The translations under genes were made by a program, and so were the position numbers. From assembly GCF_001194135.2 (NCBI RefSeq), contig NC_068983.1, positions 6,184,767-6,229,276 of the forward strand: DNA of 44,510 nucleotides. The letters are read 5' to 3'. The stretch comes from Octopus bimaculoides. Its lineage: Eukaryota. Below the pieces are notes generated by a model. The model worked only from the letters and a program-made list of their open reading frames with translations. It searched no databases and was not told the origin of the DNA. Below, piece after piece: positions 25,031 to 37,525 of this stretch; the stretch's first letter is position 1; every line of letters begins with the position of its first letter.

Positions 25031-25855
25031 TCACGCGCTCATGCACACACACACACACATATATNNNNNNNNNNNNNNNNNNNNNNNNNNNNNNNNNNNN
25101 NNNNNNNNNNNNNNNNNNNNNNNNNNNNNNNNNNNNNNNNNNNNNNNNNNNNNNNNNNNNNNNNNNNNNNNNNNNNNNNNNNNNNNNNNNNNNNNNNNNN
25201 NNNNNNNNNNNNNNNNNNNNNNNNNNNNNNNNNNNNNNNNNNNNNNNNNNNNNNNNNNNNNNNNNNNNNNNNNNNNNNNNNNNNNNNNNNNNNNNNNNNN
25301 NNNNNNNNNNNNNNNNNNNNNNNNNNNNNNNNNNNNNNNNNNNNNNNNNNNNNNNNNNNNNNNNNNNNNNNNNNNNNNNNNNNNNNNNNNNNNNNNNNNN
25401 NNNNNNNNNNNNNNNNNNNNNNNNNNNNNNNNNNNNNNNNNNNNNNNNNNNNNNNNNNNNNNNNNNNNNNNNNNNNNNNNNNNNNNNNNNNNNNNNNNNN
25501 NNNNNNNNNNNNNNNNNNNNNNNNNNNNNNNNNNNNNNNNNNNNNNNNNNNNNNNNNNNNNNNNNNNNNNNNNNNNNNNNNNNNNNNNNNNNNNNNNNNN
25601 NNNNNNNNNNNNNNNNNNNNNNNNNNNNNNNNNNNNNNNNNNNNNNNNNNNNNNNNNNNNNNNNNNNNNNNNNNNNNNNNNNNNNNNNNNNNNNNNNNNN
25701 NNNNNNNNNNNNNNNNNNNNNNNNNNNNNNNNNNNNNNNNNNNNNNNNNNNNNNNNNNNNNNNNNNNNNNNNNNNNNNNNNNNNACCGTCCCCGTCAACA
25801 GTTCTAGATGTGTTCAACCCATCTTTTAATAAAGGATATTAAGTTTATAATATGT

Positions 25856-26220
25856 GGCACTCCGTCGGTTACGACGATGATGGTTCTAGTTGATACGATC
25901 AACGGAACACCCTGCTCGGGAAATTAATGTGCAAGTGGCTGAGCACTCCACAGACACGTGTACCCTTAACGTAGTTCTCGGGGAGATTCAGCGTGACACA
26001 GTGTGACAAGGCTGACCCTTTGAAATACAGGTACAACAGAAACAGGAAGAAAGAGAGAGAGAAAACTGTGATGGAAGAGGGTTCATCACCACCCACTGCC
26101 GGAGCTTCGTGGAGCTTCGTAGAGCTTTAGGTGTTTTCGCTCAATAAACACTCACAACGCCCGATTTGGGAATCGAAGCTGCGAGTCCGCTGCCCTAACC
26201 ACTGGGCCATTCTGCCTCCA
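25856..26220 (-). mobile_element. SINE sharing the family C long tail but with a different body
   Basis: 25856-26033 matches 12884-13063; 26034-26220 does not match the family C central block. Confidence 0.8.
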
Positions 26221-27094
26221 AGCTTATAATGCACAAGATAGAAACCCGTGATTTGAGGATATTTAACTGCTGTCTTAGTTGATTCCATTCAATCGTTGCG
26301 CTACAACGTGTTTCTTGCTTCATGCATTTTACGTTCTTCGTGATGTTTCGTCCATATGTATGTATTTAGGGGTATTCATTTTTCTACTTTCATAGGCTGC
26401 CTGTTATCTTCTGTAATTTTTTTCTGTTTTAGTTCATCTCCTCTTTGTTACTTTTTTTTTCTGTTTCACAGGGTTTTATTTCTTTACTGTTCTTGTGAGA
26501 TTTATTATATTTCCTGTTTTTGTTTTTTTATTGAGTCATTTCTTGTATTTTTTGTTTTGTTTTGTAAATAGCTCGGTTTTTTTTTTAATGAGAATTTTTG
26601 CTATCTTCTCTTTTATCTGTGATATGGTTGTAGTCATGCATTTTGGGTATAATGTGAAAATTTGGAAAAGTAATGATTGTTTTAAAATAATTAAAATAAT
26701 TTAATTGTGATAATCTGTAATTGAATACGTATTATTGTGTTTTGAAACGATTTCATTACAATGTTCTTCGGAAATAATTAACAACAATAGTGCATTTTCC
26801 CCTTTTTCATTTTGTTTTTCCATATCTATCAATTTGTGAGATAGTTTTTTGTATATCACATGCATACACACGCATATGTTTTATGTTTTTATCATCACTC
26901 AACCACATATAAACAAATACAAATATATCAGATATCATATACTATGAACTCTTGATTTATTGAAATCATCTTCGCCTGCAGAGGGCGTATCATAAATACC
27001 GAATGGCGATTAAGACCTGCTGCCTATAAGAAAAGGAGGTAATTTCAAGAGTCAAGATTTCTCTAACGCTGACAAAGAAAACGGACACATATAT

Positions 27095-27616
27095 TGTCTG
27101 AAGATAAGAAGGCAGTTGTGGCCACGTGTTTCTGTCTCAATAACCGTTAACAGTACGACAGTTGTCCTACATTACCTCCATTAAACAAGGAATTTAGATT
27201 TGTACAAAACAGTCGTACACCATATGTTCTAAGTAATTTTCATAAATAAAACAAAAATATAATTGCGATACAATTACTTCTCCTTAACAGGCCTAGTTCT
27301 ATTTAATATTATACCAAAACAAATTAAAGAAGGAAAAGATCCCATTACATTCAAATGAAACCGGGACAAATTTCTTTAAGTGATACCAGACGCGCCACCT
27401 CTATACATGGATGCATCTCAGCCAACAATGACTGCCTTCTTGAATGGGTAAGGAAACCACCAAACCTGACTTAAAATGACTCACCAGATTCTATCAGCAC
27501 GTTTTGTACAAATCGAAATTCCTTGTTTTATGGAGGTAAGGTAGGACAACTGTCGTGCTGCTAACGGTTATTGAGACAGAAACACGTGGCCACAACTGCC
27601 TTCTTATCTTCAGACA
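27095..27616. mobile_element. 522-bp element with 116-bp inverted arms (TGT..ACA) enclosing a LINE ORF2 C-terminal remnant
   Basis: Arms 27095-27210 and 27501-27616 have 5 mismatches. The interior + strand reads YFSLTGLVLFNIIPKQIKEGKDPITFK*NRDKFL*VIPDAP. Confidence 0.75.
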
Positions 27617-27637
27617 ATAATAGTTTATATATACATA

Positions 27638-27820
<183 letters not shown>

Positions 27821-27927
27821 TGTTAGTTTTACTTGCATTTATTTATAAAGTTAATTATTTGATAAAGTTAATCAAGTTCGTTTAAGACTGAGTGCATTCT
27901 AGATATCTGCCTTTATCCCCTTTTAAT

Positions 27928-27985
<58 letters not shown>

Positions 27986-29011
27986 GTGCATACATACATA
28001 CGTACATACATACATACATACATACATACAAGCATGTATGTTTGCATACATACGTACATACATAGATGTGTGTGTGCATGTGTTTGTGTGTGTGTGTCTG
28101 TGTTAGAGTGAAAGTGAGGTGCTCAATACGAATTATCTATCTATGGGTAGACAGACAGACAGACAGACAGACAAAGAGACAGACAGACAGACAGACAGAT
28201 AGATAGATAGATACATACATACATACATACATACATACATACATAGATTGATAGATAAGTAGAGACACACAGATACACACATACACAAACACACATACAC
28301 ACACATGCAGGCATACAAACAGGGCGACCAACTGACGCATATCCCTCAAACAAACAGAACACACTGGCAGACAGACATCAACAAAGTTCTTCCTAAATGA
28401 AACTCCATTTAAACCTCATAAACCAACACCTTGATACTAAGTATTCTGACCTGGCGCAGTACTTATCCGCTAATGGGTCTCCAAAATAGTTCCAGTGTCA
28501 TGTAATTAAGGCCATAAATTCAACAACTATCGTTTTTTTCTTTCTTTTCTTTCTGAATCAGTTAAAAGAAGTGTGAAGCTGAGCATCTTTGACTAGACAA
28601 CGCTTCAATGACAAGAAATCATTATTGTCATTTTTCTATTTTTCTATCTGTATTTTTTTTTAAGTGTATAAGTGTGTGTGTGTGTGTTTGTCGGTATTTA
28701 TGTATGTATGTGTGGCCTTTGTGTGGTTTTTGGTTTGTTTTTGCATAATTTTATTGTTCTAATTTTTTTTCTAATTTTTGTCTTTTTTTTTTTGGTTTGC
28801 TTGTTTGTTTGTCGTGTATTTTCTTTTCCTTTTTTTTTTTTTTTGCCTTCATCAATTTAATCTTTTTCGAAATAAATTAATTCAAGATCTGTAGAAATAA
28901 CAAAGCAAAAGATATTTTAATAAATAAGAGCCAAACATAAAAATAAAAATAAAAATAAAATGTAATACACACATGTACGCGTAAATACAAAAACACAAAC
29001 ACATACAAAAG

Positions 29012-29046
<35 letters not shown>

Positions 29047-29124
29047 TATACAAACACACACACATATATATATGTATATATATATATATACACATACACA
29101 AACACACATACACACATATATATA

Positions 29125-29179
<55 letters not shown>

Positions 29180-29310
29180 NNNNNNNNNNNNNNNNNNNNN
29201 NNNNNNNNNNNNNNNNNNNNNNNNNNNNNNNNNNNNNNNNNNNNNNNNNNNNNNNNNNNNNNNNNNNNNNNNNNNNNNNNNNNNNNNNNNNNNNNNNNNN
29301 NNNNNNNNNN

Positions 29311-29357
<47 letters not shown>

Positions 29358-30427
29358 TATATATATATGCATGTATATAATAAAATAATTTAATAATTGA
29401 AAGATCGATATTTAATCTGGAAATTCAGATAAGACATTCACACACACTCACATACACACGTGCACGGGCACACACATAAATGCCTGCATATAGATACACA
29501 CGCACACACATAAATGCAGCTACACAATCATTGAGGAATGCACACAGATGCACAAAAATGCACCTGCACACACATACTTGCACAAAAATAACAACGCGAA
29601 GACATAGAAACGCTAACGTAAATAATATTCGCCGCACATTCACTCACGTGTCCACATATAATAATAATGAACATCAAGGAACATTATTAATTAAGCTGTC
29701 GAATTATCAAATTACTTCGAGAAGAAATCGCAAATTGAAAAATAAAAGTACAAAGTTAAATATAAAAATAAATAGATGATACTAAAAAAAAATACTATAA
29801 AATAGAGAAAAAAATTAAATTTAAAAGACAAAATTATCGAAGAAATTGCTGCTATGAAAAGACACATTCGATTTAACCAAACATAACAATGGTTGTTATT
29901 CACTGCCTAAATTGTTTTATATTAATAGTCAAAATTGAGTAATTCACGTTAACTCACATAACTGTCTCTCCAGGTCACTGGTTGTGGTTTGAGTTTTTCT
30001 TGTGTGTTTGTGTGTGTGTTTTTCCTACTGTTTTTGTTTATTTTATTTCATATAAATTTTTGTTTGAAAGTTGAATTTAAACTTTGTTTACCACACCCAC
30101 CCTTATCGTCACCACCCCCTTCACACACGTATCACTCTTTACTTTTCTTCACTCTTCCGTAAATTTATTTCTCGCTGTTGTGAAAGAAAAAAAAACACAA
30201 ATAAGCATGGAAATAAACTTGTTTGGATAGAATGACTCGTATAACGTTGCAACCAGTCAATTTGATTCGTAAGTAAGAAGGATGATGGGAACAAAACTGT
30301 GGGTTTCAACTTTCATTTTTTTGTTCTGATTTATGGGTGGGGTTTATTTAATGGTAGGTTTGGTTATGCTATTCGTTCTTCCTGGTATTGCTGTTTAGCC
30401 TTTCAAATCGACTTTGTTCGAGTAGAT

Positions 30428-30677
30428 CAGTGGTTCTCAACCAGAGTCTATCTTGGCCTTGTTTGGTGGTGGGGGGGGGTCCACGTAAGATTTTGTTGTT
30501 AAAATTTATCTGCAATAAATCGGTTTTACTTTTATAAAAGAACAAAATATTTTAACAATTCTTTTGTGTACAATATTACAAGATTTTTTTTTTTAAATAT
30601 CGAATGTTTTTAGGGATTCACCTGAGTAAAATAGGGATCAAAGAGGTTAATAGGTGAAAAATTTTTGAAAACCACTG
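30428..30677. mobile_element. hAT (Charlie-like) MITE, 250 bp
   Basis: TIRs CAGTGGTTCTCAA and TTGAAAACCACTG. The 8-bp flanks GAGTAGAT and CAATAGAT form a decayed TSD sharing TAGAT. Confidence 0.7.
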
Positions 30678-30734
30678 CAATAGATCTATGATCGATATGA
30701 TCTTTTTTTCTCGGGTCTATTGCCTGTTTGTGCG

Positions 30735-30912
30735 CTTTGGGCAGCACACAGCACTAAGCATTTCGTCCGTCGTTACGTTCTGAGTTCAAATTCTGCCGCG
30801 GTTGACTTTGCTTTTCATCCTTTCGGGATCGATAAAATGAAGTACCAGCTGAGAATTAAGGTCGGTGTAATCGACGTATCCCTATGCCCCAAATTACTAG
30901 CCTTGTATCAAA

Positions 30913-30915
<3 letters not shown>
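30735..30915 (+). mobile_element. SINE family A running into a (TTA)n array
   Basis: Family body and tail, followed by (TTA)n at 30915-30991. Confidence 0.85.
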
Positions 30916-30991
<76 letters not shown>

Positions 30992-30992
<1 letters not shown>

Positions 30993-31472
30993 TGAGTGAG
31001 AGAGCAGTGCATGCCATCAAAGTAACACTGGGGTAAAACATACGAAGCCCAGTATACCCATCATGACTACCCGTCTGATAAGGGTACGCCAGGCACATGC
31101 ATCACACGGTAATCACATATCAAGGTAAACAGTGGGGTCCAATTAGAATTTTCTTCGGGTCGAGTAGCCTATCCCGCTCAAAAGATCCCGAATAAGGTTT
31201 GTTTAAGGATGTTGAACAAAACACCCATGTTTCCAAAGGTGAATTATTCAAACCCCAAGGAACTCTTCTCAACACATGGCTATGATGCTCCCCCATTACT
31301 CCTGCTCATGATCAGAGATGCACATATCGTCAGCCACCAAGGGACATGCTCAACTAATTAAGGTCAAACAACTGACAAGTAAATCTGTGGTATTAAGCAG
31401 AATATTTGCTGTAGCCCGTCCTTTTATACCAAGACAAAACAATGTACATGATAACACTTCCAATCAATTAAG
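30992..31472. repeat. Non-coding interspersed-repeat-like block bounded by (TTA)n arrays, class unassigned
   Basis: Complex sequence with sharp borders against TTA runs on both sides. Its repeat status is inferred and not testable within the window. Confidence 0.45.
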
Positions 31473-31524
31473 GTCTATTATTATTATCACTATTATCATC
31501 ATTATTATTATTATTATTATTATC

Positions 31525-31897
31525 GTTTTACTTCTCGGAATGTTCGGTCTAGTTTGCTCTGGTTGGTTCTGTGCGAGAGGACAAAAGCCTGTTACCANNN
31601 NNNNNNNGTTGGTTCTGTGCGAGAGGACAAAAGCCTGTTACCAGAGGTCTCACAGGGTCTCTTTCCGTACATCATAAGCTTTGATACTTGGTTGTTAATT
31701 ATCGTGGTAGACATTCAACAACCGAGTACCAATCTCAAAATCCTAGCTGTCCCCAGCAGAGCAGTTTTTGAGGCTTGCTCTGCTCTCATTTCAATTCTGA
31801 TTTCTCTTATGTATTTCTCGAACTTGGTTGTTAGTGCTCCAAGTGCCCCTATAACTACTGGAATGACAGACACTCCCCTCACAGACCACATTCTCAT
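31525..31897 (-). mobile_element. 3' end of a second RLE-type non-LTR element (R4/Dong-like), ending in (TAA)n
   Basis: ORF 31715-31897 reads IPVVIGALG..KTALLGTARILRLVLGC*; the 3' UTR runs into an ATA/TAA array. Confidence 0.8.
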
Positions 31898-32419
31898 AGG
31901 AGAAGGAATACAAAATCTCGCAAATCTGCTCGGAATTTGCCAACTGTTTGACAGGTACCGACTGGATTTCTCGAATGTGCAACTGCCGCCCAGATCGTAT
32001 CAAGATAAAATATTCAATAAAATTATTAGATGGAGATAACCTAGATTATCTCAGTTCAAACTCTCGGCTACACAGGCCACACTTTTCTGATCTGTACAGA
32101 TAGGCTTCGCAGGCGGGAGACTCGTTAATAGAAGCTACCATACACTGGAAATAATGCAAGCATTATGTGATTCCGACATAAAGGATATTGTCCAAGCATA
32201 CACCCGGAAACATCAGAGATTGACTATGTGGCCATATTTTGTGCGTGACATCCCAGTTCGTATAGACTGGAAATTAAGGAAAATTAATTAGATATTGTCA
32301 AAAGCCATCAGAAAATTAAACGTCTCCTAAAAGATCTATTAATGCTAACAGACAAATCTATAATTCTAAGTGAAACTAAAAGGCTCTCGAAAAGTATAAA
32401 GATATAAAAATAGAGATAA

Positions 32420-32812
32420 CCAGACGCAGGAGTGGCTGGGTGGTAAGAAGCTTGCTTACCAACCACATGGTTCTGGGTTCATTCCCACTGCGTGGAACCT
32501 TGGGCAAGTGTCTTCTACTATAGCCTCGGGCCGACCAAAGCCTTGTGTGTAGATTTGGTTGACGGAAACTGAAAGAAGCCCGTCGTATATATGTATATAT
32601 ATGTATGTGTTTATGTGTCTGTGTTTGTCCCCCCAACATCGCTTGACAACCGATGCTGGTGTGTTTACGTCCCCGTAACTTAGCGGTTCGGTAAAAGAGA
32701 CCGATAGAATGAGTACTAGGCTTACAAAGAATAATTCCTGGGGTCGATTTGCTCGACTAAAAGGCGGTGTTCCAGCATGGCCGCAGTCAAATGACGGAAA
32801 CAAGTAAAAGAG
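32420..32812 (+). mobile_element. SINE family B, full length, low divergence
   Basis: All family B blocks are present. Confidence 0.92.
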
Positions 32813-33589
32813 TATATGGAGATTAAAAGTGGAAGCAATCCCTCATAATAATAGATATTTTGAGAATGTTGACTAAACATGCCGATGAGGACAACCAACA
32901 CGAGAACACTTGTACAAAACATGCAAAACCTAAACACTACTTCACGCATATTGCGAAATGTTCTTGGATTACAACTAAAGCATTTTAACCTTCCCGTCAG
33001 CACAGAAAGGGCAGCATGAATAAAGGGTGCACACGATTGTATTCGCTTGAGCAACAAAATCACATAAAAATTAAAACTACTGGATTAGTAATAATAGTTT
33101 TAACGCAGCAACAAGGCTATGAATGATGTAGAAATAAAAGAGAAATAATACCTACGTTTGCAATAACTATCAAAATGTCATTACACTGAAAGTTGCGTTG
33201 GGTCATTCCGTTTAATTAATAAAAACTACCGTCATTTCTGCTGACACGAGGATACTTGTAATGATGATGATGGTGATAATGATGGTGATGACGACGACGA
33301 CGACGATGACGATAATAATAATGATAATGATGATGGTGACGATGGACTGTGTTATTTCCTTATTTCAGACTTTGAAGTGAGAGAGAATTACAGTTTAATA
33401 TCGATTTCTAATAAAGGTACGAGGCCTCAAATTCTTTAATGGGTGTCAAGATATTGTCAATTATAGTTATTTCCAGTACTTCACTGGTACTTTACCCGGC
33501 AATATAAAATGCATTACGTGTATTTGTGAAGCAAATATATTAGAACACACAATCGTCTTGATAGATTGATTTTCTTTTTCTTTCTCCTT

Positions 33590-33620
<31 letters not shown>

Positions 33621-34117
33621 GTCATTTGGCGTGAATAGAGTTTACGATCATCGATTTCGTAGTGGAAACATCGCAACTAATTGAACCAAACTCAAATATC
33701 ATGAAATTTAATTAGGTTTCTTAATTAGTATATAACGAAGTGCAAACAATATAGAGAAAAATACAAACAAACAGGCAGCAAGAAGTTGACAGCTACGAAC
33801 GGACAAATGTCTTGTTAAACATAAACGCGCTTTTCACTTAGCAAACATCTTCCTTTTTCCTCCTTAAACCGAAACTGTTCCCTAGAGGAAAGAAAAGACA
33901 GGGAAAGCAAAGAACAACAACAAAATAAGGAAAACACAAAATAGGCGAAACGAAATAATGGGAATCATTCTTCACATATGTAGCAACATATTTGGCAATA
34001 TTCTTTTTTCTATCCACAATATTGCACATGTCAGCGTGTGTACTTAATAGAAGGAAACCGGTGTCTGTTGCTATATTTCTTTTCATTAGTTTCTTGTTTA
34101 CGAAGGAAGCGACAATC

Positions 34118-34771
34118 TTGGCACATCGGACAAAACACTCAGCGGCTTTACTTCGGCTTCACGTTATAAGTTCAAATTCCGTTGAGATCGATTTTGCCTT
34201 TTCTTCCTCCGGGGTCGATAAAATAAGAACCAATTGAGCACTGAAGTTGATGTAATCGACTTGTTTTTCCTTAAACTGATGGTCTTGTGCCAAAATTTGA
34301 AATAAAGGTAGTGAACGGGCAGAGTCGTTTGCATGCCGGACAAAATGCTTAGCGCCATTTCCTCGGACTTTACTTTCTGAGTTCAAATTCCACGGAGATC
34401 AACTTTGGTTTACTTCCTTTCAGGCTCGAAAAATAAGTACCAGTAATCGAATCCCCACTCCCCAGTTTAAGGCCTTGAGCCTATAGTAAGAAGAATTATT
34501 TTCTTTCGTATTTGACGACATTAAAAATCTTACCTAATATAATGTTACAATGGAAAGCGGCAATATTGGCAGAATCGTTAGCACGCCGGGTAAAATGCTT
34601 AGCGGTATTTCGTCTGCCATTACGTTCTGAGTTCAAATTCCGCCGAGGTCGACTTTGCCTTTCATCCTTTCGGGGTCGATAAATTAAGTACCAGTTACGC
34701 ACTTGAGTCGATGTAATCGACTTAATCCCGTTGTCTGTTCTTGTTTGTCCCCTGTGGGCAATAAAGAAATA
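34118..34771 (+). mobile_element. Three head-to-tail SINE family A copies (about 34118-34305, 34308-34500, 34546-34771)
   Basis: Three successive B-box/body/tail sets with different tail variants. Confidence 0.88.
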
Positions 34772-35234
34772 AATTTGTTGTGAAAGCTCAACTAGTGCAC
34801 TGAACGCTGATTTAGAAGTTTAGACATGACATTACAGAACATGTGCATTTCTGTTAATGACGTGTTTGTTTGTTAGTCCACACGAGATGGAGAAAAGACA
34901 CGATCAAGCGATATTCACTGGTACAAACATGTATACAACTTACATAGAAACAGCCTACATAAATATGCACGTGTGTGTATTTATCTATTTATTTATTCAT
35001 TTATTTATTTATTCATTTATTTATTTATTCAATTTGTTATGTGTGGATGGTTTTGCCCCTCTGCCGCCATAAATATAAATTTTAAAAAAACTATACTTAA
35101 CTTCGGGTCTTGCTCTTCTGAGACAATCCTGAGTTTTGTTGCTCGTTTCTGATAGCTTTTTTTTTCTTTTTGCTGGCCCATAGGAAACCTAATTTAAATA
35201 GCTTAACTATTTTCGAACACAACGTGTGCAGTTC

Positions 35235-35320
35235 AACAGGCTGTCCGAAAACAACGTATGTAGATCACTTCACCAGAGACTCTGGATGCCTCTCTGAGGA
35301 CCGAGATGGATGGGTATGCA
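35235..35320 (+). mobile_element. RTE-clade LINE ORF C-terminal remnant
   Basis: GCPKTTYVDHFTRDSGCLSEDRDGW resembles the RTE terminal motif GRPxxTY.D.L..D.G...EDRxxW. Confidence 0.5.
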
Positions 35321-35643
35321 AGTTAGAAATGTTTGAACAAGCTCGAACAGATAAGGATAAACTATTCCCAGCTGTTGTCATATTCAGATTGTATATTTTA
35401 GAATCCTTTTCTCAAGTTTTTTCTCATAATCTATTTTGTTTCCGATTCTGTTTTGTTGTGCTGGTTCATTTTTTTTTCTCTTAAGTAGAAAACCTGGAGC
35501 AAACCTGGAGTGTTGAGGTCATGTCATCGATGAGGCTGCCTATGGCAACCAATGGACTTTGACAAACCTAGCTAACTGATTGATTGATTGAGGTTAATCA
35601 AACAATCGATGAATTAATTTGGATAAACAATTACCTAATTGAT

Positions 35644-35674
<31 letters not shown>

Positions 35675-35701
35675 AATATTATTATTATTATTATTATTAA
35701 T

Positions 35702-35905
35702 TCTTTCTATTACAAGCACAAGGCCCGAAATTTCGGGGCTGCAGATAATTCGATTACATCGACCCCAGTACTCCACTGGTACTTATTTTATCGACCTGAT
35801 AAAGAAGAAAGGTAAAAGTCGACCTCGGCGGAATTTGAACTCAGAATGTAAAGACGCACGAAATGCCGCTAAGCATTTTACCCGACGTGCTAACGATTTT
35901 GTCAG
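35702..35905 (-). mobile_element. SINE family A
   Basis: Body and tail match; the tail runs into (ATT)n. Confidence 0.88.
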
Positions 35906-36035
35906 TGAAATAGAGCCAGTGCACGTGTTTATTACTGGTATAATGACCGTCCTGAGACACAACATTTTCTCATACATATAGAAGCTATTGCTTCGTAATG
36001 TAACATTCTCAGTATCTAAAATGTTCTCAAAGTGG

Positions 36036-36235
36036 CGGGTTGGCGGCATCGTTAGCACGAGGGTCAAAAATGCATGCAGATACTTTGTCAGTCATTACGT
36101 TCCGAGGTCAATTTTTTTTTTTCCCCCTTTTTTTTCCTTTCAGAATCTATTTAAAAAAATACCAGTTGTGCACTGGGAACAACGTAATTCGCTTAACCAC
36201 TTCCCCGAAATAGCTGGTCTTGAGCCGAAATTTTA
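36036..36235 (+). mobile_element. SINE family A, degraded
   Basis: Head GGCGGGTTGGCGGCATCGTTAGCACG with a decayed body. Confidence 0.6.
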
Positions 36236-36599
36236 AACCAATATCTATAATGCTCTCTCTCTCTCTCACTCTCTCTTTGTATTTTTATCGTATGGTTATT
36301 GTTCTGTTCATTGTTTGCATTTTCGCCATGTTTTCTTTCTGTTTCAACGTCCATTTGACTATGTCACTGTCATCATTTTTTCTCCTTTTTTCTTTTTTTT
36401 TGTGCCTTTTCTTTTACTCTCTGATATAGGGGATATATCTTTTTCCTAAAAATAGTCAGTCTGTTAGGATTCAATGTTACTTTTAGCTCAACGTTTTTGT
36501 CTCTCCGGATATTATATGTGAACTGTGTGATAGACTTGAATTGCATAGAAATTCTTCTGAATCTGTTCCTTGTTCATGTTGTTCTTTTTTTTTTTTTCT

Positions 36600-36985
36600 T
36601 TCGTCAACCTCATCTCCGCGGTTACGGCGAAAGAGGCCGTGTGGTTAACGAAGATGAGAGGATTGAAAAAACCAAAACCTTCCTCTTGGATCAAGCTCTC
36701 ATCGCCGTTTTTAAGGTCCACTTGGGAAGGAAGTGAGGGTGGAGAGGGAAGTGCTACCACCCAATGAATTTGTGAAAATATGGGTGACTGTGAGAAAAAG
36801 GGTTAGAGCGAATGGTTACGCGAATTCTATGCGCGTGCAGATTTGAGATCAGGAGCGAGGGCACGTACCTTCGGTGGTCAGCTTAATCCAGGATATGTGG
36901 GGTTTCTTGATTGGTCCTAGTTGGAATTTTTCCTGTATCAGGAGGACCGCATCACTCATGAAATCATAAACTTTGCGCACAATTC
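36600..36985 (+). mobile_element. L1/Tx1-like LINE ORF2 C-terminus and 3' UTR remnant
   Basis: Frameshifted reading TAKEAVWLTKMRGLK / TFLLDQALIAVFKVHLGRK / VRVEREVLPPNEFVKIWVTVRKRVRANG. Clade assignment is from recall only. Confidence 0.5.
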
Positions 36986-37177
36986 TTTTACTTGTTTCAG
37001 TCGTTTTAACTGTGGGCATGCTGGTGCACCGCCTTTTAGGTCGAACAAATCGACCCCAGGACTTATTCTTTGTAAGCCTGGTACTTATTCTATCGGTCTC
37101 TTTTGCCGAACTGCTAGTTACGGGGACGTAAACACACCAACATCGGTTGTCAAGCGATGGTGGGGGGACAAATACAA

Positions 37178-37190
<13 letters not shown>
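36985..37190 (-). mobile_element. SINE family B, 3' half (remainder lies in the gap)
   Basis: Near-exact reverse complement of 32620-32810. Confidence 0.88.
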
Positions 37191-37220
<30 letters not shown>

Positions 37221-37480
37221 NNNNNNNNNNNNNNNNNNNNNNNNNNNNNNNNNNNNNNNNNNNNNNNNNNNNNNNNNNNNNNNNNNNNNNNNNNNNNNNN
37301 NNNNNNNNNNNNNNNNNNNNNNNNNNNNNNNNNNNNNNNNNNNNNNNNNNNNNNNNNNNNNNNNNNNNNNNNNNNNNNNNNNNNNNNNNNNNNNNNNNNN
37401 NNNNNNNNNNNNNNNNNNNNNNNNNNNNNNNNNNNNNNNNNNNNNNNNNNNNNNNNNNNNNNNNNNNNNNNNNNNNNNNN

Positions 37481-37525
<45 letters not shown>

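Noticed and set aside
27098-27104. CTGAAGA hammerhead-like word at the tip of the 116-bp arms
   Set aside because: No downstream stem II plus GAAA on the same strand, so a ribozyme is not supported.
31561-31642. About 35-bp direct repeat GTTGGTTCTGTGCGAGAGGACAAAAGCCTGTTACCA
   Set aside because: The copies flank a 10-N gap; assembly overlap artefact.
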